Below, piece after piece: positions 1 through 7,753 of a DNA stretch of 64,000 nt. The stretch spans positions 2,016 through 66,015 of the forward strand of contig JAFZQJ010000018.1 of NCBI GenBank assembly GCA_017620395.1. Direction: 5' to 3'. Under the pieces are notes generated by a model. That model saw nothing but the letters and a program-made list of their open reading frames with translations, made no database searches and was not told the DNA's origin. This DNA comes from Clostridia bacterium. GTDB taxonomy: Bacteria > Bacillota > Clostridia > Oscillospirales > RGIG8002. Both the position numbers and the translations under genes were made by a program. Each line of letters opens with the position of its first letter. Position 1 is the first letter of the stretch.

Positions 1-36
1 TGCAAAGTAAAAAATCTCAAAAAAGGAGGAAACACT

Positions 37-1983
37 ATGACGAAAAAGCAAAAGTCGGCGAAGAAATCGTTCATAAGCTCCGTGCTTGTGCTCTGCCTGT
101 GCTTCACGATGTTTGTCGGCACCACCTTCGCGTGGTATAACGACAGCGTCACCAGCGGCAGAAACACCATCGTCGCCGGCAGCTTGGAGTTATCGATTGA
201 GTATTACGACGGTCAAGTCGGTGATACCAGTTTCACCGAAGCTAACTGGAAACCCGTTAACGCCAGCGTCGCTCTCTTCGATGACAACGCGAAATTCGAA
301 CCCGGCGCCGTTCAGGTCGCCTACATCCGCATCAAGAACGGCGGAGATCTTGCCTTCAAGTACGGCGTATCCGTCGTGGTCGACAACGAAGTCATCGGCA
401 AGACCAAAGACAATGCAGATGTGAAGCTCTCTGATTACCTCAAGTTCGGAAAAGCCACGGTCAGCGCTCCCTACACTTCCCGCGAAAACGCGATTACCGC
501 TGTAGGCACGGGTGCCAGCCTCGTGAACTCCGCTGAGGTAGTTGCTACCAACAGCATACTTAGACCTACGGATGATCCCGTGGTACTCGCTCTCGTTATC
601 TACATGCCGAGCAGCGTAGGCAACGAAGCGAACCCCGATCCGAATCACAAGCCCAGCATCACATTCGGTCTGAACGCGCTTGCGTCGCAGGCGACTATCG
701 AGAGCGACAGCTTCAGCAACACGTATGACTCTACCGCGACGATGCCTGCTGTTGCGAGCGTAACGGTTCCCGCCAACGGAAATGCTACCACCATCACTGC
801 GGGTGACATCACTGTTGCCCTGCCTGCGAACGCCGGCGCGACCGATAACGTCTATGAGCTCGACGTCTCCAACGCCAACACTGAAACGGATCCAACAAGC
901 GGCGAGACCTCTGTTGCTTTTGATGCATCTCTGTATCTGAACAACGTTAAGGTCTCCGGCAGCAGTACGCTCTATGAGATGACAATGAACATCGGCCCCG
1001 ACGCGACCATCTCCAGTGTCACCCACAACGGCGTTGCGCTGACCGAAGGTACCGGCGATCAGCAGTATCAGTATGACCCCACCAACGGCGACCTGACTAT
1101 CTACACCAAGTCATTCAGCCCGTTTGAGATTTCCTACAAGGTTATCACGCGCGTCGCGAATGCTGGTGAGTTGGCTGCTGCTTTGGCCGCGAAGAAGAAC
1201 TATATTCTTCTTACAGCTGACATTACCGGCGACAGATTCACTGTTATTTCCGATACAGTTATCGACGGTAACGGCCACAAGATAACCGATACAAACACAA
1301 GCGGCAGAGCTATCTGGATCGATGATACCGGAGTTACCCTCACGCTGAAGAACCTCACGATCGACGGCGCGAACAAGTGCCAGCGCGGTGTTCAGGTGAA
1401 CGTTCTCGACAGCGGCGAATGGAATTACGCCACTATTATCATCGACAACTGCGATATCGTCAATATGACGTATTACGCTGTTAACCTGTGCACCAAAACA
1501 ACTGTTAATCTGACGGTTACCGATACCACGATCTCCGGTTGGTCCGCTATCAACGCCTATGGCACCGGCAACGTTATTACCGTCAAGGATTCTGAGCTTA
1601 TCGGTATTAACGACAAGGGTTATAATGCCGAAGGGTGGAACAACTTTGCTACCATCTGCCTCGAGGGCGATACCACCGGTGAAACGACGCTCCACTCCGC
1701 TGATTACACTATCAGTATTGAGAACACGACAATCAGAGCTTCTCAAACGACCGGAAACAAACAGGCGCTTCTTGGCTTCAATAACAATGCCGAAAACAGC
1801 TCGGTAGCGTTTAAGAACTGCACGTTTGACATTGGAAACGGTTGCCACTTCGGATACGACAAAGGCACCGGCAACAGTCTGAGCATAGACGGCGACTCCA
1901 TAAATATGCCAAGCGGTGGCTATTTTGATATTACTACCGGCAGCGGAGAGGGTGCACAGGGCAACCCCGGGCTTGATGATTAA
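37..1983 (+). CDS. Secreted protein with a SipW/TasA-class signal peptide, a TasA/camelysin-like N-domain and C-terminal right-handed beta-helix-like repeats
   Basis: AAGGAGG lies 7 nt upstream of the ATG. The N-terminus is KKQKSAKK plus a hydrophobic span ending GTTFAWYND, the TasA/CalY-type signal motif. FEPGAVQVAYIRIKNGG resembles the TasA core. The C-terminal half has repeated rungs (LTLKNLTIDGAN, IIIDNCDIVN, LTVTDTTISG, ITVKDSELIG, ISIENTTIRA, VAFKNCTFDI). A hairpin terminator follows. Confidence 0.7.
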   Translation: MTKKQKSAKKSFISSVLVLCLCFTMFVGTTFAWYNDSVTSGRNTIVAGSLELSIEYYDGQVGDTSFTEANWKPVNASVALFDDNAKFEPGAVQVAYIRIKNGGDLAFKYGVSVVVDNEVIGKTKDNADVKLSDYLKFGKATVSAPYTSRENAITAVGTGASLVNSAEVVATNSILRPTDDPVVLALVIYMPSSVGNEANPDPNHKPSITFGLNALASQATIESDSFSNTYDSTATMPAVASVTVPANGNATTITAGDITVALPANAGATDNVYELDVSNANTETDPTSGETSVAFDASLYLNNVKVSGSSTLYEMTMNIGPDATISSVTHNGVALTEGTGDQQYQYDPTNGDLTIYTKSFSPFEISYKVITRVANAGELAAALAAKKNYILLTADITGDRFTVISDTVIDGNGHKITDTNTSGRAIWIDDTGVTLTLKNLTIDGANKCQRGVQVNVLDSGEWNYATIIIDNCDIVNMTYYAVNLCTKTTVNLTVTDTTISGWSAINAYGTGNVITVKDSELIGINDKGYNAEGWNNFATICLEGDTTGETTLHSADYTISIENTTIRASQTTGNKQALLGFNNNAENSSVAFKNCTFDIGNGCHFGYDKGTGNSLSIDGDSINMPSGGYFDITTGSGEGAQGNPGLDD

Positions 1984-2034
1984 GATTGAAGTCTAATATC
2001 CGGTTGCATCAATCCCTACCAAAACATCACACAA

Positions 2035-2071
2035 GCGGACGGAGCTTTTGCTCCGTCCGCTTCGTTTTGTT
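2035..2071 (+). terminator. Rho-independent terminator of the TasA-like gene
   Basis: Stem gcggacggagc / gctccgtccgc with loop tttt, followed by ttcgttttgtt. Confidence 0.75.
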
Positions 2072-2084
2072 CCTTATTATATTA

Positions 2085-2425
2085 CGCGCGAGGGGCGCAC
2101 GGCGGGGTTACGCCGACTGCGCGGCGCGGAAATGATATATCGGCTCCGCCGATATGATATACGGCTGAAGCCGCGTGATATATTCGCCTTTCGGCAAACG
2201 TGATATGCTCGCAACGCGAGCATTATGGAACAAACCGCGCCGGCGCGGTTTGAATTATTCAAAACGGCTCCCGACGGGGGCCGTTTTGTTCCTTAATATT
2301 CGCGCAGCGAATATATCATATCGCGTCAGCGATATATCATGCGCCGAAGGCGTATATCATGTCACGCATCGCGTGATATATCATTGCCCGCTTTGCGGGC
2401 GCCGCCTGCGGCGGCTACACCTCAT
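2085..2425. repeat. Array of short, different palindromic hairpins with ATAT-rich outer ends (REP/BIME-like), split by one terminator-like hairpin
   Basis: Example units: atatcggc-tcc-gccgatat (2137-2155), atgctcgc-aac-gcgagcat (2205-2223), atattcgc-gca-gcgaatat (2296-2314), atatcgc-gtca-gcgatat (2318-2335), plus tcacgc-atc-gcgtga and gccgcc-tgc-ggcggc. There is no RBS-supported ORF. Confidence 0.7.
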
Positions 2426-2443
2426 CAGTCTTTTTTGCTGCGC

Positions 2444-2474
2444 AAAAAAGACAGCTTCCCCTCAAGGGGAAGCC
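2444..2474 (-). terminator. Terminator of the SLOG/DUF1273 gene
   Basis: On the minus strand, stem ggcttcccc / ggggaagc with loop ttga is followed by tgtcttttttg. Confidence 0.65.
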
Positions 2475-2477
2475 TTT

Positions 2478-3050
2478 TCACAAGTCCAGTATCGTGCCGG
2501 TCGTGATGAGCGTGACGGCGCGGCCGAGCTTTCGCGCGTAGCGCAGGGTGTAATACGTGCCGCCGGAGTCGGCGCCGTTGTAGACGCCGATGACGTAAGC
2601 CGAGTTTTCCACCATGAAGCGGTCGCGGTCGTGGTTGCACCACGGGGTGTATTTCTCCGAAACGGTCACCACCGCGTCGCACTGCTCCAGCAGCGCTTCG
2701 TAACGCTGCTTCGCCTCGCCCGACGCCTTCGACATCTGCGCCGGGCTCGGACGCGCCGCGATCAGCCGCAGCGGCGTTCCCTCCCCGCGCAGGCGGGCGC
2801 ATATCTCCCCCGCCCACGTGTCGATCCCCTGCGCCATGCCGGTGATGAAGGAGTCCACGCCGAGCGCGGCGTGCCGCAGGATCTCTTCGCGCAGGCGCGC
2901 CTTGACGCGCGCGGCCTCCGCGCTGTCCTCCGCGAAGCCGAGCGCCGCCGGACGGTGCCCCGTGAAGCAGCAGGTGCGCTCCGGCAGGAGCGTCAGCCCT
3001 TCGGGCATCGCGTACGGCTTTTTCGCGCTTGAAATATGAATATCGTTCAT
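2478..3050 (-). CDS. SLOG-family protein (DUF1273, YpsA-like)
   Basis: CCFTGHRP motif near the N-terminus and GMAQGIDTWAGE; about 190 aa, which is typical for the family. Confidence 0.7.
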   Translation of the reverse strand: MNDIHISSAKKPYAMPEGLTLLPERTCCFTGHRPAALGFAEDSAEAARVKARLREEILRHAALGVDSFITGMAQGIDTWAGEICARLRGEGTPLRLIAARPSPAQMSKASGEAKQRYEALLEQCDAVVTVSEKYTPWCNHDRDRFMVENSAYVIGVYNGADSGGTYYTLRYARKLGRAVTLITTGTILDL

Positions 3051-3051
3051 A

Positions 3052-5445
3052 TTATATCTTCTCTATCGGGGCGAAGTTCGCCATTATCTTCTTTTTGCCG
3101 ACCGTGAAATTGACCTCGAGCAGCGTGTCGTTGCCCATCGGCATCGCGGAGACGACCGTGCCTTCGCCGAAGGCCGCGTGCTTCACGCGGTCGCCGACGG
3201 AGAAGGTCTTCCCCGCCTTCGGCGCGGAGGCGGAAGCCGAGGGGCGCGGCGGGCGTCCCGCGGGCGGGCGCTTGGGCGCGTAGGTCGAGCGCGCGACGCC
3301 GAAGAAGTCGCCGAAGTCGGCTTTCACCGTGCGTTTCGGGAGGGTATCGGTCTTCTCGACGTATTCGCGCGGCAGCTCCTCGAGGAAGCGGGACGGCCTC
3401 TTGAAGCGCGTCGCGCCGTAGAGCAGGCGCTGCTCGGCGCGGGTCAGGTAGAGCTTCTCCCGCGCGCGTGTGACGCCGACGTACATAAGGCGGCGCTCCT
3501 CCTCGATCTCGCCGTCGTCGTATGAGCGCATCGACGGGAAGAGCTCCTCCTCGAGGCCGGTTATGAAGACGACGTTGAACTCCAGCCCCTTGGCGTTGTG
3601 CAGCGTCATGAGCACGACGGCGTCGGCGTTTTTGTCGTAGTCGTCGATGTCGGTGACGAGGGACATATCCTCGAGGAAGCCGGTAAGCGTCGCTTCTTCG
3701 CCGGCGGCGGTCTTGTCGTTTTTGTAGCGGATGAGCATCGAGCCGAGCTCGAGGACGTTATCCGCGCGGTCGAGTCCGTCGCGGTCGCGTTCCGCCGCGA
3801 GCATCGCCATGTAGCCGCTCTTCTCCGCGACGGTCTTGACGATATCCTCGAAGGGCGCGTTCAGCGCCGCGTCGGTAAGCTCGTCCAGCAGCGCGCAGAA
3901 CTCCGCGAGCTTCGCCTTCGACCGCTCGAGGTCGGGGTAGTTCTCCGCTTCGCGTATCACGTTTATGATGGGCTCGCCCAGCCCCGCGGCGATGCGTTCG
4001 GCGGCTTCTACCGTCGTGTCGCCGATGCCGCGCTTGGGCAGGTTGATTATGCGCTTAAGACGCAGGTCGTCGCTCGGGTTGGCGATGACGCAGAGGTAGG
4101 AGATCACGTCTTTTATCTCGCGGCGCTCGAAGAAGCGCGTGCCGCCGATGACGCGGTTGGGGATCTTGAAGTAGTTCAAGCTCTGCTCGATCTGTGCCGC
4201 CTGCGCGTTCGTGCGGTAGAGCACCGCGCAGTCGGAAAGCTTGCCGCCCTCGCGCTGATGCTTCAGTATGCACGCCGCGACGTAGTCGCCTTCGCCGCGC
4301 TCGTCCGCGCAGGTGCAGAGGGTGATCTTTTCGCCGAGGGGCTTCTCGGTCCAGAGGTTTTTGCCCTTGCGCTCGAGGTTGTTCGCGATGACGGCGTTCG
4401 CCGCCGCGAGGATGTTGCCCGTCGAGCGGTAGTTCTGCTCGAGGCGTATGGTGACGGCTTCGGGGTAGTATTTCTCGAAGTCGAGGATGTTGCGGATCGT
4501 CGCGCCGCGGAACTTGTAGATGCTCTGGTCGTCGTCGCCGACGACGCAAACGCTGCGCGTTTCTTTCGTCAGCAGATAGACGAGCAGGAACTGCGCGGCG
4601 TTGGTGTCCTGGTACTCGTCGACGAGGACGAAGCGGAACTTTTCGCGCCAGTACGCCAGGCGGTCCGGGAACTCGCGGAAGAGCCTGACGGTAAGGTTGA
4701 TGATGTCGTCGAAATCGACGGCGTTGGCTTTTTTCAGCGTTTCGGCGTAGCGGGCGTAGATCTTCGCGACGCTTTCGAGGAAGACGTCGCCGGCCGCGTC
4801 CTTCGCGTATTCTTCGGCGCCGATGAAGGCGGACTTCGCCGCGGAGATGCGCGCCGCGACCGCGGCGGGCTTGTAGTAGTCGCCGTCGAGCCCGAGGGCC
4901 TTCACGGCTTCTTTTATCACGCGTTTGGAGTCGTCCGCGTCGTAGATGGTGAAGGCGCTCGAGTAGCCGAGCGCTTCGATCTCGCGGCGCAGGATGCGCA
5001 CGCATGCTGAGTGGAAGGTGGACGCCCAGACGTCCTGCGCGGCGTCGGCGCCGCAGGAGAGCGCGATGCGCTCCTTCAGCTCGTTCGCCGCCTTGTTGGT
5101 GAAGGTTATCGCCAGCACCTGCCACGGCTTCGGCGCGTCGACTGAGAGCATCCGGCGCAGGCGCTCGGAAAGCGGCGCTTTCAGCTTCAGCGCGGCTTCC
5201 AGCTCCGCGACGTCGGCTTCGGTCGGGTCGAAGCAGACTTCGTCGCTGTTATAGGCGTCGCCGAAGCGCAGCAGGCAGGCGATCTTTTCGACTATGACGG
5301 TCGTTTTGCCGCTGCCGGCGCCCGCGAGGATGAGAAGCGGGCTGCCCGAAGCGAGCACCGCCTTGCGCTGCATATCGTTGAGGCGCTTGTATTCATTTTC
5401 GATATACGCCTTGCGCAGGCGCAGGAAATCGGTCTTAACGCTCAT
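3052..5445 (-). CDS. pcrA: ATP-dependent DNA helicase PcrA (UvrD family)
   Basis: Walker A GAGSGKTTV, motif Ia ITFTNKAANELKERI, motif II VDEYQDTN and VGVTRAREKLYL. The C-terminal tail FSVGDRVKHAAFGEGTV is Tudor-like. Confidence 0.92.
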   Translation of the reverse strand: MSVKTDFLRLRKAYIENEYKRLNDMQRKAVLASGSPLLILAGAGSGKTTVIVEKIACLLRFGDAYNSDEVCFDPTEADVAELEAALKLKAPLSERLRRMLSVDAPKPWQVLAITFTNKAANELKERIALSCGADAAQDVWASTFHSACVRILRREIEALGYSSAFTIYDADDSKRVIKEAVKALGLDGDYYKPAAVAARISAAKSAFIGAEEYAKDAAGDVFLESVAKIYARYAETLKKANAVDFDDIINLTVRLFREFPDRLAYWREKFRFVLVDEYQDTNAAQFLLVYLLTKETRSVCVVGDDDQSIYKFRGATIRNILDFEKYYPEAVTIRLEQNYRSTGNILAAANAVIANNLERKGKNLWTEKPLGEKITLCTCADERGEGDYVAACILKHQREGGKLSDCAVLYRTNAQAAQIEQSLNYFKIPNRVIGGTRFFERREIKDVISYLCVIANPSDDLRLKRIINLPKRGIGDTTVEAAERIAAGLGEPIINVIREAENYPDLERSKAKLAEFCALLDELTDAALNAPFEDIVKTVAEKSGYMAMLAAERDRDGLDRADNVLELGSMLIRYKNDKTAAGEEATLTGFLEDMSLVTDIDDYDKNADAVVLMTLHNAKGLEFNVVFITGLEEELFPSMRSYDDGEIEEERRLMYVGVTRAREKLYLTRAEQRLLYGATRFKRPSRFLEELPREYVEKTDTLPKRTVKADFGDFFGVARSTYAPKRPPAGRPPRPSASASAPKAGKTFSVGDRVKHAAFGEGTVVSAMPMGNDTLLEVNFTVGKKKIMANFAPIEKI

Positions 5446-5457
5446 TGTTTCTTCCTT

Positions 5458-6252
5458 TTATATTTCGTACACGCGCGAGGGCCCGTACTGCCCCGCCGCT
5501 TCGAGCGTGCAGTCTTCGCCCGCGCGTACGCCGCCCGCGGCGAGGATGCCTCCGACGGTGGATACCGCGAGCTCGGGCGTGTTGTTCTCTTCGCTCAGGT
5601 GCGCGAGGATGAAGTGCTCCGCGCCGTCCGCCGCGAAGGCGCGGCAGGAGCAGGCGCACTCGGTGTTGGAGAGGTGGCCGCGGCTGCTGAGGATGCGGTC
5701 TTTCAGATACGCCGGGTACGGGCCGTTGATGAGCATTTCCTCGTCGTGGTTGGATTCTATGTAGACCAGGCGGCAGCCGGCGATCGCCTCAGAAGCCTCC
5801 TTCGTCATCCTGCCGGTGTCGGTGCAGACCGCGAGGCGCGTTTTGCCGTCGGAGACGACGTAGCCGACGCTTTCGGCGGCGTCGTGGGACGTGCGGAAGG
5901 AGCGCAGCGAGAGCGCGCCCATATCCGCCTCCCTGCCCGTCGGCAGCTCGTAGAAGGCACAGCCGTCCGAAGCGGCGCGGAGGTTCAGCGCGTCGATCGT
6001 GTTCATATTCGCGAAGACCGGCGCCTTGACGGCGCGGACGACGTAGGGCAGGCATTTGACGTGGTCGGAGTGTTCGTGCGTGATGAAGACGCCCTTCACC
6101 GCGGCGGGCGCGACGCCGAAGCCGTGCAGCACTTCGGCTACGCGGCGGGACGGCACTCCCGCGTCGATGAGGACGGCGGTACCGCCGCTTTCGACGCATA
6201 TGCAGTTGCCTTTGCTTCCTGATGCGATGCTGAAAAACCGCAAGGCGCTCAC
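5458..6252 (-). CDS. MBL-fold metallo-hydrolase (YycJ-like)
   Basis: HEHSDH (HxHxDH) motif and N-terminal SGSKGNCICV. Confidence 0.85.
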   Translation of the reverse strand: MSALRFFSIASGSKGNCICVESGGTAVLIDAGVPSRRVAEVLHGFGVAPAAVKGVFITHEHSDHVKCLPYVVRAVKAPVFANMNTIDALNLRAASDGCAFYELPTGREADMGALSLRSFRTSHDAAESVGYVVSDGKTRLAVCTDTGRMTKEASEAIAGCRLVYIESNHDEEMLINGPYPAYLKDRILSSRGHLSNTECACSCRAFAADGAEHFILAHLSEENNTPELAVSTVGGILAAGGVRAGEDCTLEAAGQYGPSRVYEI

Positions 6253-6311
6253 TTCTCCTTTTATTAAAACGGGGCGGGCGCCGCGCCCACCCCGCTTTTT
6301 TCTGTTCCGTT

Positions 6312-7595
6312 TTATCCGGCGGCGTTTTCCGCTTCGGTGTAGTCCTTTTTCAGGCTTATGTCGGCGCCGAGCGCGCGGAGCTTCTCGATGATGTTCTCAT
6401 AGCCGCGCTCGATATGGTGGATGTGGGTGATCTCGGTCTCGCCCTCCGCCATCAGGCCGGCGATTATCATCGCCGCGCCGGCGCGCAGGTCGGTCGCGCG
6501 GACCGGAGCCGCCTTCAGCTTCTCCACGCCCTCGATGACCGCGATCTTGCCGTCCACCTGGATGTTCGCGCCGAAGCGCTTGAGCTCGTCGACGTATTTG
6601 AAGCGGTTCTCCCACACGCTCTCGTTGATGATGCTCGTGCCGTTTGCCGTCGAAAGCACCGCCGCGATCTGCGGGTGCATATCCGTCGGGAAGCCGGGGT
6701 GCGGCATCGTCTTGATGTTCACCTTGTTCAGCGGGCCGGTCCTGCCGACGTAGACCGCTTCGTCGTATTCGCGTATCTCCGCGCCCATTTCCTCCAGCTT
6801 CGCGCTGATGGATTCAAGGTGCTTGGGGATGACGTTGTTGATCAGCACTTCGCCGCCCGCGCCCGCGACGGCCGCCATGTAGGTGCCGGCTTCGATCTGG
6901 TCGGGGATCAGCGCGTAGCTGCAGCCGCGGAGCTGCTGGACGCCGCGGATCTTGATGGTGTCAGTACCGGCGCCGCGCACGTCTGCTCCCATCGTGTTGA
7001 GGAAGTTCGCGAGGTCGACGATGTGCGGCTCCTTCGCCGCGTTCTCGATGACGGTCAGTCCCCTCGCCTTCACGGCGGCGAGCATGATGTTCACCGTCGC
7101 GCCGACGGAGACGACGTCGAGGTAGATGGACGAGCCGAGGAGCCTGTCCGATTTCAGATTGATTATGCCGCCGGTCGTGTCGACCTTCGCGCCGAGGGCC
7201 TCGAAGCCCTTGATGTGCTGGTCGATCGGGCGCACGCCGATATCGCAGCCGCCCGGCATCGGGACGGACGCTTCGCCGAAGCGTCCGGCGAGCGCGCCGA
7301 GGAAGTAGTAGCTGGCGCGCATCTTACGCGCAAGCTCGTAAGGCGGAGCGACGTTACGCAGTCCGCGCGTGTCTATGTCGAAGCTGTTGGCGGTGCGCAT
7401 GGTCACCGTCGCGCCCATGCTGGTGAGCGTTTCAAGCTCCGTGAAGACGTCGGATATGTTCGGTATGTTATCTATGTGGCACACGCCGTCGGAAAGAATC
7501 GCCGCCGGAATGACCGCTATGGCGGCGTTTTTCGCGCCGCTGATATTGACTTCACCTTTCAGGCGCCTGCCGCCTCTGACGATGATGCTGTCCAA
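6312..7595 (-). CDS. murA: UDP-N-acetylglucosamine 1-carboxyvinyltransferase (copy 1)
   Basis: GAKNAA and the active-site loop PGGCDIGVRPIDQH. The ORF track extends to 7661, but GGAGGG followed by TTG at 7595 gives a normal-length protein starting LDSIIVRGG. Confidence 0.9.
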   Translation of the reverse strand: MDSIIVRGGRRLKGEVNISGAKNAAIAVIPAAILSDGVCHIDNIPNISDVFTELETLTSMGATVTMRTANSFDIDTRGLRNVAPPYELARKMRASYYFLGALAGRFGEASVPMPGGCDIGVRPIDQHIKGFEALGAKVDTTGGIINLKSDRLLGSSIYLDVVSVGATVNIMLAAVKARGLTVIENAAKEPHIVDLANFLNTMGADVRGAGTDTIKIRGVQQLRGCSYALIPDQIEAGTYMAAVAGAGGEVLINNVIPKHLESISAKLEEMGAEIREYDEAVYVGRTGPLNKVNIKTMPHPGFPTDMHPQIAAVLSTANGTSIINESVWENRFKYVDELKRFGANIQVDGKIAVIEGVEKLKAAPVRATDLRAGAAMIIAGLMAEGETEITHIHHIERGYENIIEKLRALGADISLKKDYTEAENAAG

Positions 7596-7703
7596 GTGAA
7601 ATATCCCTCCGTGTCCGGAATCGGTATTTTCGCATTTTACACTCCGTATAGTATAACACAATTAACACAAAAATAAAAGAGTTATTTTAGATTTTTTTGT
7701 CAA

Positions 7704-7736
7704 ATTCGCGGCCGGTACTCAGTACCGGCCGCGAAT
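7704..7736 (-). terminator. Terminator hairpin downstream of the alpha-2-macroglobulin gene
   Basis: Perfect 15-bp stem attcgcggccggtac / gtaccggccgcgaat with loop tca. The T-run on the minus strand is weak. Confidence 0.55.
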
Positions 7737-7753
7737 CGGCTTTGTTATGCGTG

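Noticed and set aside
2175-3032. 285-aa plus-strand ORF spanning the hairpin array and the antisense of the DUF1273 gene
   Set aside because: It has no RBS, its translation is low-complexity, and the region is explained by repeats plus the minus-strand SLOG gene.
6312-7661. Long N-terminal extensions in the ORF track. These affect murA to 7661, yebC to 18618, the ABC ATPase to 17789, murA2 to 26000, mraZ to 36476, hydC from 36787, rpsB to 52914, ychF to 60768, wecB to 63885 and DUF1624 to 59917.
   Set aside because: In each case an internal ATG or TTG is preceded by a good Shine-Dalgarno sequence at 6-9 nt. That internal start gives the canonical family N-terminus, and the extensions add non-homologous residues.
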